The position numbers were made by a program, and so were the translations under genes. 64,000 bases of DNA from Eledone cirrhosa (lineage: Eukaryota), in assembly GCA_964016885.1 (NCBI GenBank), contig OZ024763.1, positions 27,094,001 to 27,158,000 of the forward strand, written 5' to 3'. Below the pieces are notes generated by a model. The model was given only the letters and a program-made list of their open reading frames with translations, was not told the origin of the DNA and searched no databases. Positions 49,901-63,872 of the stretch are shown one piece after another. Numbering within the stretch: position 1 is the first letter of the stretch; the number at the start of each line of letters is the position of its first letter.

Positions 49901-52900
49901 AACACTCCTACAAATGCGGTTAACATCGTTGGTAGTTTGTGTTGTAATGGTTCTGGTACTACTGTGCTACAAACGTGGGCCCTTGCTTCTCTTTGTAACA
50001 CTTCTACAAATGCTGTTAGCATCGTTGGTAGTTTGTGTTGTAATGGTTCTGGTACTACTGTGCTACAAACCTGGGCCCTTGCTTCTCTTTGTAACACTCC
50101 TACAAATGCTGTTAGCATCGTTGGTAGTTTGTGTTGTAATGGTTCTGGTACTACTGTGCTACAAACGTGGGCCCTTGCTTCTCTTTGTAACACTTCTACA
50201 AATGCGGTTAGCATCGTTGGTAGTTTGTGTTGTAATGGTTCTGGTACTACTGTGCTACAAACGTGGGCCCTTGCTTCTCTTTGTAACACTCCTACAAATG
50301 CGGTTAACATCGTTGGTAGTTTGTGTTGTAATGGTTCTGGTACTACTGTGCTACAAACGTGGGCCCTTGCTTCTCTTTGTAACACTTCTACAAATGCTGT
50401 TAGCATCGTTGGTAGTTTGTGTTGTAATGGTTCTGGTACTACTGTGCTACAAACGTGGGCCCTTGCTTCTCTTTGTAACACTCCTACAAATGCTGTTAGC
50501 ATCGTTGGTAGTTTGTGTTGTAATGGTTCTGGTACTACTGTGCTACAAACGTGGGCCCTTGCTTCTCTTTGTAACACTCCTACAAATGCTGTTAGCATCG
50601 TTGGTAGTTTGTGTTGTAATGGTTCTGGTACTACTGTGCTACAAACGTGGGCCCTTGCTTCTCTTTGTAACACTTCTACAAATGCTGTTAGCATCGTTGG
50701 TAGTTTGTGTTGTAATGGTTCTGGTACTACTGTGCTACAAACGTGGGCCCTTGCTTCTCTTTGTAACACTTCTACAAATGCGGTTAGCATCGTTGGTAGT
50801 TTGTGTTGTAATGGTTCTGGTACTACTGTGCTACAAACGTGGGCCCTTGCTTCTCTTTGTAACACTCCTACAAATGCTGTTAGCATCGTTGGTAGTTTGT
50901 GTTGTAATGGTTCTGGTACTACTGTGCTACAAACGTGGGCCCTTGCTTCTCTTTGTAACACTTCTACAAATGCTGTTAGCATCGTTGGTAGTTTGTGTTG
51001 TAATGGTTCTGGTACTACTGTGCTACAAACGTGGGCCCTTGCTTCTCTTTGTAACACTCCTACAAATGCTGTTAGCATCGTTGGTAGTTTGTGTTGTAAT
51101 GGTTCTGGTACTACTGTGCTACAAACGTGGGCCCTTGCTTCTCTTTGTAACACTTCTACAAATGCTGTTAGCATCGTTGGTAGTTTGTGTTGTAATGGTT
51201 CTGGTACTACTGTGCTACAAACGTGGGCCCTTGCTTCTCTTTGTAACACTCCTACAAATGCTGTTAGCATCGTTGGTAGTTTGTGTTGTAATGGTTCTGG
51301 TACTACTGTGCTACAAACGTGGGCCCTTGCTTCTCTTTGTAACACTTCTACAAATGCTGTTAGCATCGTTGGTAGTTTGTGTTGTAATGGTTCTGGTACT
51401 ACTGTGCTACAAACGTGGGCCCTTGCTTCTCTTTGTAACACTTCTACAAATGCGGTTAACATCGTTGGTAGTTTTTGTTGTAATGGTTCTGGTACTACTG
51501 TGCTACAAACGTGGGCCCTTGCTTCTCTTTGTAACACTTCTACAAATGCGGTTAACATCGTTGGTAGTTTGTGTTGTAATGGTTCTGGTACTACTGTGCT
51601 ACAAACGTGGGCCCTTGCTTCTCTCTGTAACACTTCTACAAATGCTGTTAGCATCGTTGGTAGTTTGTGTTGTAATGGTTCTGGTACTACTGTGCTACAA
51701 ACGTGGGCCCTTGCTTCTCTTTGTAACACTTCTACAAATGCGGTTAACATCGTTGGTAGTTTGTGTTGTAATGGTTCTGGTACTACTGTGCTACAAACGT
51801 GGGCCCTTGCTTCTCTTTGTAACACTTCTACAAATGCTGTTAGCATCGTTGGTAGTTTGTGTTGTAATGGTTCTGGTACTACTGTGCTACAAACGTGGGC
51901 CCTTGCTTCTCTTTGTAACACTTCTACAAATGCGGTTAACATCGTTGGTAGTTTGTGTTGTAATGGTTCTGGTACTACTGTGCTACAAACGTGGGCCCTT
52001 GCTTCTCTTTGTAACACTTCTACAAATGCTGTTAGCATCGTTGGTAGTTTGTGTTGTAATGGTTCTGGTACTACTGTGCTACAAACGTGGGCCCTTGCTT
52101 CTCTTTGTAACACTTCTACAAATGCGGTTAACATCGTTGGTAGTTTGTGTTGTAATGGTTCTGGTACTACTGTGCTACAAACGTGGGCCCTTGCTTCTCT
52201 TTGTAACACTTCTACAAATGCTGTTAGCATCGTTGGTAGTTTGTGTTGTAATGGTTCTGGTACTACTGTGCTACAAACGTGGGCCCTTGCTTCTCTTTGT
52301 AACACTCCTACAAATGCTGTTAGCATCGTTGGTAGTTTGTGTTGTAATGGTTCTGGTACTACTGTGCTACAAACGTGGGCCCTTGCTTCTCTTTGTAACA
52401 CTTCTACAAATGCTGTTAGCATCGTTGGTAGTTTGTGTTGTAATGGTTCTGGTACTACTGTGCTACAAACGTGGGCCCTTGCTTCTCTTTGTAACACTCC
52501 TACAAATGCTGTTAGCATCGTTGGTAGTTTGTGTTGTAATGGTTCTGGTACTACTGTGCTACAAACGTGGGCCCTTGCTTCTCTTTGTAACACTCCTACA
52601 AATGCTGTTAGCATCGTTGGTAGTTTGTGTTGTAATGGTTCTGGTACTACTGTGCTACAAACGTGGGCCCTTGCTTCTCTTTGTAACACTTCTACAAATG
52701 CTGTTAGCATCGTTGGTAGTTTGTGTTGTAATGGTTCTGGTACTACTGTGCTACAAACGTGGGCCCTTGCTTCTCTTTGTAACACTCCTACAAATGCTGT
52801 TAGCATCGTTGGTAGTTTGTGTTGTAATGGTTCTGGTACTACTGTGCTACAAACGTGGGCCCTTGCTTCTCTTTGTAACACTTCTACAAATGCTGTTAGC

Positions 52901-55900
52901 ATCGTTGGTAGTTTGTGTTGTAATGGTTCTGGTACTACTGTGCTACAAACGTGGGCCCTTGCTTCTCTTTGTAACACTCCTACAAATGCTGTTAGCATCG
53001 TTGGTAGTTTGTGTTGTAATGGTTCTGGTACTACTGTGCTACAAACGTGGACCCTTGCTTCTCTTTGTAACACTCCTACAAATGCTGTTAGCATCGTTAG
53101 TAGTTTGTGTTGTAATGGTTCTGGTACTACTGTGCTACAAACGTGGGCCCTTGCTTCTCTTTGTAACACTCCTACAAATGCTGTTAGCATCGTTGGTAGT
53201 TTGTGTTGTAATGGTTCTGGTACTACTGTGCTACAAACGTGGGCCCTTGCTTCTCTTTGTAACACTTCTACAAATGCGGTTAACATCGTTGGTAGTTTGT
53301 GTTGTAATGGTTCTGGTACTACTGTGCTACAAACATGGGCCCTTGCTTCTCTTTGTAACACTCCTACAAATGCTGTTAGCATCGTTGGTAGTTTGTGTTG
53401 TAATGGTTCTGGTACTACTGTGCTACAAACGTGGGCCCTTGCTTCTCTTTGTAACACTTCTACAAATGATGTTAGCATCGTTGGTAGTTTGTGTTGTAAT
53501 GGTTCTGGTACTACTGTGCTACAAACGTGGGCCCTTGCTTCTCTTTGTAACACTCCTACAAATGCTGTTAGCATCGTTGGTAGTTTGTGTTGTAATGGTT
53601 CTGGTACTACTCTGCTACAAACGTGGGCCCTTGCTTCTCTTTGTAACACTCCTACAAATGCTGTTAGCATCGTTGGTAGTTTGTGTTGTAATGGTTCTGG
53701 TACTACTGTGCTACAAACGTGGGCCCTTGCTTCTCTTTGTAACACTCCTACAAATGCTGTTAGCATCGTTGGTAGTTTGTGTTGTAATGGTTCTGGTACT
53801 ACTGTGCTACAAACGTGGGCCCTTGCTTCTCTTTGTAACACTTCTACAAATGCTGTTAGCAACGTTGGTAGTTTGTGTTGTAATGGTTCTGGTACTACTG
53901 TGCTACAAACGTGGGCCCTTGCTTCTCTTTGTAACACTTCTACAAATGCTGTTAGCACGTTGGTAGTTTGTGTTGTAATGGTTCTGGTACTACTGTGCTA
54001 CAAACGTGGGCCCTTGCTTCTCTTTGTAACACTTCTACAAATGCTGTTAGCATCGTTGGTAGTTTGTGTTGTAATGGTTCTGGTACTACTGTGCTACAAA
54101 CGTGGGCCCTTGCTTCTCTTTGTAACACTTCTACAAATGCGGTTAACATCGTTGGTAGTTTGTGTTGTAATGGTTCTGGTACTACTGTGCTACAAACGTG
54201 GGCCCTTGCTTCTCTTTGTAACACTTCTACAAATGCTGTTAGCACGTTGGTAGTTTGTGTTGTAATGGTTCTGGTACTACTGTGCTACAAACGTGGGCCC
54301 TTGCTTCTCTTTGTAACACTCCTACAAATGCTGTTAGCATCGTTGGTAGTTTGTGTTGTAATGGTTCTGGTACTACTGTGCTACAAACGTGGGCCCTTGC
54401 TTCTCTATGTAACACTCCTACAAATGCTGTTAGCATCGTTGGTAGTTTGTGTTGTTATGGTTCTGGTACTACTGTTCTACAAACGTGGGCCCTTGCTTCT
54501 CTTTGTAACACTCCTACAAATGCTGTTAGCATCGTTGGTAGTTTGTGTTGTAATGGTTCTGGTACTACTCTGCTACAAACGTGGGCCCTTGCTTCTCTTT
54601 GTAACACTTCTACAAATGCTGTTAGCATCGTTGGTAGTTTGTGTTGTAATGGTTCTGGTACTACTGTGCTACAAACGTGGGCCCTTGCTTCTCTTTGTAA
54701 CACTTCTACAAATGCTGTTAGCATCGTTGGTAGTTTGTGTTGTAATGGTTCTGGTACTACTGTGCTACAAACGTGGGCCCTTGCTTCTCTTTGTAACACT
54801 TCTACAAATGCTGTTAGCATCGTTGGTAGTTTGTGTTGTAATGGTTCTGGTACTACTGTGCTACAAACGTGGGCCCTTGCTTCTCTTTGTAACACTTCTA
54901 CAAATGCTGTTAGCATCGTTGGTAGTTTGTGTTGTAATGGTTCTGGTACTACTGTGCTACAAACGTGGGCCCTTGCTTCTCTTTGTAACACTTCTACAAA
55001 TGCTGTTAGCATCGTTGGTAGTTTGTGTTGTAATGGTTCTGGTACTACTGTGCTACAAACGTGGGCCCTTGCTTCTCTTTGTAACACTTCTACAAATGCT
55101 GTTAGCATCGTTGGTAGTTTGTGTTGTAATGGTTCTGGTACTACTGTGCTACAAACGTGGGCCCTTGCTTCTCTTTGTAACACTTCTACAAATGCTGTTA
55201 GCATCTTTGGTAGTTTGTGTTGTAATGGTTCTGGTACTACTGTGCTACAAACGTGGGCCCTTGCTTCTCTTTGTAACACTTCTACAAATGCTGTTAGCAT
55301 CGTTGGTAGTTTGTGTTGTAATGGTTCTGGTACTACTGTGCTACAAACGTGGGCCCTTGCTTCTCTTTGTAACACTTCTACAAATGCTGTTAGCATCGTT
55401 GGTAGTTTGTGTTGTAATGGTTCTGGTACTACTGTGCTACAAACGTGGGCCCTTGCTTCTCTTTGTAACACTTCTACAAATGCTGTTAGCATCGTTGGTA
55501 GTTTGTGTTGTAATGGTTCTGGTACTACTGTGCTACAAACGTGGGCCCTTGCTTCTCTTTGTAACACTTCTACAAATGCTGTTAGCATCGTTGGTAGTTT
55601 GTGTTGTAATGGTTCTGGTACTACTGTGCTACAAACGTGGGCCCTTGCTTCTCTTTGTAACACTTCTACAAATGCTGTTAGCATCGTTGGTAGTTTGTGT
55701 TGTAATGGTTCTGGTACTACTGTGCTACAAACGTGGGCCCTTGCTTCTCTTTGTAACACTTCTACAAATGCTGTTAGCATCGTTGGTAGTTTGTGTTGTA
55801 ATGGTTCTGGTACTACTGTGCTACAAACGTGGGCCCTTGCTTCTCTTTGTAACACTTCTACAAATGCTGTTAGCATCGTTGGTAGTTTGTGTTGTAATGG

Positions 55901-56365
55901 TTCTGGTACTACTGTGCTACAAACGTGGGCCCTTGCTTCTCTTTGTAACACTTCTACAAATGCTGTTAGCATCGTTGGTAGTTTGTGTTGTAATGGTTCT
56001 GGTACTACTGTGCTACAAACGTGGGCCCTTGCTTCTCTTTGTAACACTTCTACAAATGCTGTTAGCATCGTTGGTAGTTTGTGTTGTAATGGTTCTGGTA
56101 CTACTGTGCTACAAACGTGGGCCCTTGCTTCTCTTTGTAACACTTCTACAAATGCTGTTAGCATCGTTGGTAGTTTGTGTTGTAATGGTTCTGGTACTAC
56201 TGTGCTACAAACGTGGGCCCTTGCTTCTCTTTGTAACACTTCTACAAATGCTGTTAGCATCGTTGGTAGTTTGTGCTGTAATGGTTCTGGTACTACTGTG
56301 CTACAAACGCGTGTCTTTGACTCTGTTCGCAACACAACACATCTACAAACGTTACTAGCATCGTT
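37930..56365. repeat. 96-bp tandem satellite, ~190 copies, highly homogeneous, with higher-order duplications
   Basis: Unit acgtgggcccttgcttctctttgtaacacttctacaaatgctgttagcatcgttggtagtttgtgttgtaatggttctggtactactgtgctacaa; 32-aa periodicity in the ORF track. Confidence 0.98.
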
Positions 56366-56390
56366 GACCATTTACAAAATACCCCTTGTA

Positions 56391-56469
<79 letters not shown>

Positions 56470-56491
56470 GTGAGTGTGTGTGTGTACATAA

Positions 56492-56558
<67 letters not shown>

Positions 56559-56600
56559 CATATATATGTATATATATATATATATATTTACATACATATG

Positions 56601-56640
<40 letters not shown>

Positions 56641-56650
56641 CATATATATG

Positions 56651-56687
<37 letters not shown>

Positions 56688-56689
<2 letters not shown>

Positions 56690-56786
56690 GGTTTTGTACG
56701 AGCAAGACATGGTCACCAGACCTGGCATTGCTCACAACAGGATAACTCGTAGAGAATGGACGTTAAACGGAGATGATGATGATGAT

Positions 56787-56788
<2 letters not shown>
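56688..56788 (+). mobile_element. 3' fragment of a SINE/LINE with a (GAT)n tail
   Basis: Ends aatggacgttaaacggagatgatgatgatga, resembling RTE-related SINE tails; lies between microsatellites. Confidence 0.45.
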
Positions 56789-56840
<52 letters not shown>

Positions 56841-56901
56841 TATATGTATATACCTATATATATACACACATATGTATGTATATACATATATACATGTATA
56901 T

Positions 56902-56971
<70 letters not shown>

Positions 56972-57852
56972 GTATATATATGTATGCTTTTTGTATGCAT
57001 ATATATACATATATATTTATACATATGTATATATATATATGCATACAAAAACATACATATAGTTTCACATACAAAATGCTTACAGGCAGAAACACAGACA
57101 GACACACACACACACACACGCACACGCACACGCACACGCACACGCACACGCACACACACATACACACAGATATATTTATAACTCACCACTAACAATCCAA
57201 TCCGTCAATTGAGTAACATTCGCCATCTTTTCACCTGGGAAAATACTTTGTTTTGTCAGCTTTGATCCGTGACCTATTGAACAAGCGTTCATTCTTAACT
57301 GTAATTAAGAAACTTAAAAGAGAGAATCTTTTCGGAATACGCCTGACTTGCTTTTTAATAAGATCTCGCTACTATATTGCCTCGTCCTACATCTTATTTT
57401 GGCTGAAGGCTTCCTATACTAGATGTTCGTTTGTAAATTGCGTATAAATTTTGAACAGGCTTTGCAAATATAGTTGCATTGCTAACAAAGAAATACATGT
57501 GAGGATATGAAAAATAAAATGGCGATGGGAAAGATGAAAGCAAAGAGAAAATTATGAACTACTATGTCTTTGTGTTCGTTTAGCAATATCAAAAACAATA
57601 TAGAGGGCGTAATGTAAAAAGACCGAGTGAATCTATTCACTTCCGTTTAATTATTTCGTTCTGTAATGATATTTTCAACGGTTTAAAGGCCTATAGTATT
57701 AATTTTCAAATGTGTGCATGTGTACATGTATGCGCATGAGTGTGCATGTGTACGCATGCGTGTTTCCATTTCACCAACTGTTGCCAGGAGATAGTAATAT
57801 TTAGATGAATTGCTTAACACAGAAATAAAAAAATAAAAATTATTATAAAATT

Positions 57853-58233
57853 AAAACAACAACAACAATAACAATAAAAACAACAACAACAACAACAATA
57901 ACAACAACAAGAATAACAATAACAACAAAAACAACAACAAGAATAACAACAATGACAACAAGAATAACAACAACAACAACAAGAATAACAACAACAACAA
58001 TAAAAACAACAACAACAACAACAATAACAACAACAACAAAAAACAACAAGAATAACAACAATAACAACAAGAATAACAACAACAAGAATAACAACAACAA
58101 CAACAACAATAAAAACAACAACAACAACAAGAACAACAGCAACAACAACAACAACAACAACAACAAAAACAACAACAATAGCAACAACAACAATAACAAC
58201 AATAACAATAACAACAACAACAATAACAAAAAT

Positions 58234-58264
<31 letters not shown>

Positions 58265-58375
58265 TCAACAACAATAACAGCAACAACAACAATAACAACA
58301 ACAGCCAGAACAACAACAACAACAATAACAACCATAACAACAATAACGACAACAACAACAAACAAACAACAAAAA
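57853..58375. repeat. (AAC)n/(AAT) trinucleotide microsatellite
   Basis: Direct inspection. Confidence 0.95.
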
Positions 58376-58417
58376 GTCAATTAATAATTTGTAATTAAGG
58401 TTAAAAGTTAAGTAAAG

Positions 58418-58860
58418 GTGGGTGATGGTGTTGGTGTAAGGAAGAGGAGGATGGGGAGGAAGGGATTGAGTAGGGCGGTAAGGGAGAGAGAGGATGAGGG
58501 AGAGGTGGAGGAAGTCGTAAAGGAGGTAGGGGAGGATGGTGGAGAGAGAGAGAAAGCGGGAAGAAGGATGAAGGGGAAGGAAGTGGTGGAGGGTGGAGAA
58601 GGAGGAAGGAGGAAGATGAGGATGAGGGGGAATGCAGTGGAGGAAGGGGGAGGAGTTGCTGGTGGAGGTAGGGCGGAGGTGTGGTGGCGGTGGCAGAGAA
58701 GGTGGCGGCGGTGATGTGGTGGATGTCGTAGTGGTGTGGCGGAGGTGTTGTGGAGGTGGCGGCGGTGTGACGGAGGTGCCGGAGGTGTGGCGGAGGTGGT
58801 GGTGGAGGTGGTGGTTATGTGGTGGTGGTGTGGTGGAGGTGCAGTAGTGGAGGCGGAGGA
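58418..58860. repeat. Purine/G-rich low-complexity tract (GGA/GGT)
   Basis: Direct inspection. Confidence 0.85.
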
Positions 58861-58942
58861 ACTACAATTAATTAAGGCATCATTTGGTCATTAGACAGGA
58901 AATATTTTTGTTTATCATTAACATGTGGTTAATAAAGCAAGA

Positions 58943-59118
58943 AGTATCGGTAGAGGGTCGGACGCCATGCTTTGACGCATAGAGTTACGGCCCTTGCCAT
59001 TCTGAGTTCAAACCCCGCCGAGGTTAACTTTGCCTTTCATCCTTATGGGGCCGATAAAATAAAGTACCAGTAATACACTGGGATAATTACTGGCCTTGTG
59101 CCAAATGTAGAAACAATT
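58943..59118 (+). mobile_element. tRNA-derived SINE, same family as 28596-28780
   Basis: agtatcggtagagggtcggacgcc...gagttcaaaccc...gtagaaacaatt. Confidence 0.88.
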
Positions 59119-59260
59119 ATTATTTTTTTTGTATTAATTAAAAGATGGCATCGTAGATACAAGATATGGCGGAGATGATGACAATGTGAGGGATCTCCGT
59201 CGGTGACGACAACGACGAGTGCTGCTCTAAATGTTTTTGATGGCAGTGGCCAGCAAATCA

Positions 59261-59569
59261 GGATAGGGGAGCTTGCGCCCCATGTTATTAGTGGCTGCTT
59301 CCGGTTTCCAAAGCACTAATGGGGACACAGCCTCAGAGGTGGCATGATGGCAGTGGCTAGCAAATCTTACTCTCCTTTTACGTACAACGACATGCTTGGG
59401 AGGCCGGCATATATCTCTCTCAAAGCCAGAATTCACCAGCTTATGTTCTGAATGCAATGAAGCAGGCGAGTGTAAGTGCCATCGTGCCACCTATGAGGCT
59501 GTGTCCCCGTTAGTGCTTTGGAAACAACAAATAGTCACTAAAAACAGTGGGCGCAAGCTCTCCTACTCC
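59261..59569. mobile_element. Inverted-repeat (MITE/foldback-like) element with ~92-bp diverged arms
   Basis: gagcttgcgccc..tttccaaagcactaatggggacacagcctcagaggtggcatgatggca mirrors tgccatcgtgccacctatgaggctgtgtccccgttagtgctttggaaa..gggcgcaagctc. Confidence 0.75.
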
Positions 59570-60029
59570 GATGTCATCTCCAGAGATTCTGGTAATAAAT
59601 CCAGGACTTGGCAACGGCAATGAGCGACAGACCCACGTGGAGATCAATTGTTGATTCCATTTCAGATGAGGCAACCGGATGATGATGAAATGTTTTTGAT
59701 CAACGGAACAGTTTTCTTCTCCGCGTGAAATTGAAGTGCAAGTGTCCGAGCATTCCATCCAAATACTACATTTTCGACCCCTTTACACCCTCATCGTAAT
59801 TTTCCAAATTTTCCACGTGTATTTATTCATTCAGCCGTGACATTGTGGTGCTGTGACAACACTGGACACCCCCCCCCCACCCCTTTTGAATTACTGGTAC
59901 AGCTCATTTATTGTTACATATATAAAAATGAGAAAACTCATCGCTAGAACAGCAGTTAAAATATCTTCGTCGTCTCAATCAGAGATAGCATTGTTTTTTC
60001 ATTTACATTTGTTGTTGATGTTGTTGTTA

Positions 60030-60130
60030 GATGAGTGCACTAAAATAAAGTATCTTACACAAGGACTCAATGCAACGCTCCGCCGGCCGGTAATCGAGTT
60101 TACAACCTTACGGTCGCGAGCTAAACACTC
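60030..60130 (-). mobile_element. Degenerate tRNA-derived SINE (CORE-like)
   Basis: Minus strand cgaccgtaaggttgtaaactcgatt..gagtccttgtgtaagatacttta resembles a tRNA head followed by CCTTGGGCAAG-like CORE. Confidence 0.35.
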
Positions 60131-60755
60131 CTCCTTCTTCTTCTTCTTCTTCTTCTTCTTGAGAGGGTCGTGGGGGCAGAGTCCTCAAACACACCTTCCA
60201 GTAGGTCCTGTCAGAAGCAACCGTCTCCAACTGATCCGGCTGGATCCCCAAGCGTGACCAGCCAAGGTCAAGGATATTATCCAGCCATCTTGTTCGGGGT
60301 CTACTCCTTGGTCCCCTACTGATTGGTTTTGTCCATAAAATCTGTCCAGCGAGACATTCTAACCACATGTTCATAGTACTGGAGCTGTGATCTCTTAATT
60401 CGGAGAAGTAGTGGCTCTACTTGGAGTGACTCTCTGATCTCCGAACTACATGCCCATAGTATCGGAGCTGTGATCTCTCAATTCGGAGAAATAGCAGCTC
60501 TACCCGGAGTCACTCTCTGATCTCCGAGCTACAAATATGTCCAATGGTTCTTTCCTGAGACATTCTAACAATATTTCCATAATATCGGAGCTGTGATCTC
60601 TCAATTCGGAGAAGTAGCGGCTCTACCTGGAGTGAAACCCTGATCTCCGAGTTAAGCATTTTATCGAGTAATGTTAATTCAAAGACCCTTTCGGAGAAAT
60701 CCCATCTCGGCCGCTTGTATTCACAATCGTATTTTTTCGGTCATTAACCAATATT
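60131..60755 (-). mobile_element. 3' fragment of an RTE-clade (Expander/Rex3-like) LINE with an internal triplication and a (GAA)n tail
   Basis: WLMTEKIR..IQAAEMGFLR.. and RGPRSRPRTRWLDNILDLGWSRLGI..DRTYWK..LPPRP; block ggagctgtgatctct..tgatctccga occurs 3x (~60381, 60464, 60588). Confidence 0.8.
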
Positions 60756-61160
60756 GATGACTCCACAAAAGAAACTCGTCTGCACACGGAGATATTGATA
60801 ACATTGTAAATGTCGTTAACAAACGTAAGAATGTACACCATGTTTTTTTCACACAGCGGCAGATTCTTTTCTTTTTGGGAGCGTGTGGTGGTGGTTGGAA
60901 ACGGGGTGGGTTTCAGTGTGACCTGACGGAAATATCAGCTGCTGATAAAATATCGATCTGACACAGGATTTGATTGGTATTTTAATTATTTTAGTAATCG
61001 ATTTCTATCCTTCCAGCCCCGCACAACCGGATGTAAAGAAAATATATTTGAATGTGATCGGCCGGATTGAAAAAAAAAATAACTTCGGAATATTCAGAAC
61101 GAAAGAAGTATGAAAGTCACAGCAAGACTTTCTATTCGACACTCTCTCTCTCTCCCTCTC

Positions 61161-61240
61161 GCCCCCCTCTCTCTTCTCTGTTGCCTGTCATCCATTCGAG
61201 GTCGATAAAAAAATACCAGTCAAGTACTGGTGTCGATTCT
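61161..61240 (+). mobile_element. Fragment of a related SINE core
   Basis: ttgcctgtcatccattcgaggtcgataaaaaataccagtcaagtactgg. Confidence 0.5.
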
Positions 61241-61294
<54 letters not shown>

Positions 61295-61297
61295 CAT

Positions 61298-61336
<39 letters not shown>

Positions 61337-61341
<5 letters not shown>

Positions 61342-61800
61342 AAAAAGAGATGAAATCGAAAATGCAACTGAAGTCTTATTTTTAAAAAAAAAATATATAT
61401 TTATTTGGTTCCTTTACCGGTTTCGCAGTTCTTCTGCTTTTCAAAAGGTGAGTTGAGATGGAGGGTCTGTGGTTTATCTTTATATATATATAAAGAAAAA
61501 AAGATGAAATCGAAAATGCAACTGGAGACTTATTTAAAAAAATATATATATATATATTTATTTGGTTCCTTTACCGGTTTCGCAGTTCTTCTGCTTTTCA
61601 AAAATAGAGTTGAGATGGAGGTTCTGTGGTTTTTCTCTGGGTGTTGTGCCAGATGTGAGAAAAACAACAGACCCTCCATCTCAACTCTATTTTTGAAAAG
61701 CAGAAGAACTGCGAAAACGGTAAAGGAACCAAATAAATATATATATTTAAAAAAAAATAAGACTCCAGTTGCATTTTCGATTTCATCTTTTTTCTTTATA
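61337..61800. mobile_element. Hammerhead-bearing element family H: two direct ~135-bp copies plus one inverted copy
   Basis: 61337-61470 resembles 61491-61630; 61669-61800 is the reverse complement. Confidence 0.88.
61411..61448 (-). ncRNA. Minimal type I hammerhead ribozyme, U3:A8 variant
   Basis: Minus strand: ccuu UUGAAAA gcag-aagaa-cugc GAAA ccgg UA aagg; all three stems pair; palindromic ACCGGU; weaker copies at ~61568-61606(-) and ~61687-61726(+). Confidence 0.75.
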
Positions 61801-61857
61801 CTTTCACTCGTGTAGGACACCCCGGTTATTTTTCATATTGTAAAAAAACCTCACGTG

Positions 61858-63085
<1,228 letters not shown>

Positions 63086-63335
63086 GTATGAAGATGTGGT
63101 AATCTCAGACACATCAGAAGATAACAGGTGCTTTAAAATAATTTCTAAAAATCGAGTAAAGATCCCTAGAGACGAAAAATTACTGCGAGGGCTGCTTATA
63201 CCATTTTCCCGTCTCTAGAGATTTATAAACCATTTTATATCAACTGACTGTAAGTTTAGTTATTTTCTGCATCTTATAAATATATTTCCTCGGCGCTTAG
63301 TATGTTCGAAGATTTCTTGCTTCACACACGGGTTT

Positions 63336-63423
<88 letters not shown>

Positions 63424-63426
<3 letters not shown>

Positions 63427-63778
63427 GGAGGTGAGTTTTATTGTAGTACAATAAAGCAATGCAGATATCGGATAAGAAGCACTCTACAGTTTGTAGGACT
63501 GGAGTATACATAATATATAAGATCAAAAGAAGGTTAAATGAGTTCCATGTATTTTATTATGCGCATTTCAAAAACAAATATCATCATGCAATAACATTTG
63601 TGTTTTCATCAGATAAAATAGGAGGACATGATATGAAGGTTAAAAACACTTGTGGATAGTGCAGTTTTAAATCAACATTTTATCTGATGAAAACACAAAT
63701 GTTATTGCATGATGATATTTGTTTTTGAAATGCGCATAATAAAATACATGGAACTCATTTAACCATCTTTTGATCTTA

Positions 63779-63782
<4 letters not shown>
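63424..63782. mobile_element. Hammerhead-bearing element family F, copy 2, with an inverted duplication
   Basis: 63424-63677 is homologous to 33572-33826; 63678-63782 is the reverse complement of ~63514-63618; (TA)n on both sides. Confidence 0.88.
63678..63744 (+). ncRNA. Type I hammerhead ribozyme (mirror copy at 63552-63618, minus strand)
   Basis: uuuuau CUGAUGA (long stem II aaaca-caaauguuauu..gaugauauuug-uuuuu) GAAA ugcgca UA auaaaa; canonical core, 6-bp stem I, palindromic stem III. Confidence 0.82.

Positions 63783-63872
<90 letters not shown>

Noticed and set aside
36416-56365. CRISPR-like array
   Set aside because: The units are head-to-tail with no unique spacers, there are no cas genes, and the context is eukaryotic.
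37921-57062. Giant ORFs (up to 1918 aa) with 32-aa Cys/Thr/Asn-rich or hydrophobic repeats
   Set aside because: They result from a 96-bp unit that is open in three frames on both strands. 1-bp deletions break the frames and were propagated by block duplications. There is no signal peptide, unique domain or exon context.
58418-58847. Gly/Glu/Arg-rich ORFs
   Set aside because: Low-complexity GGA/GGT tract with no coding evidence.
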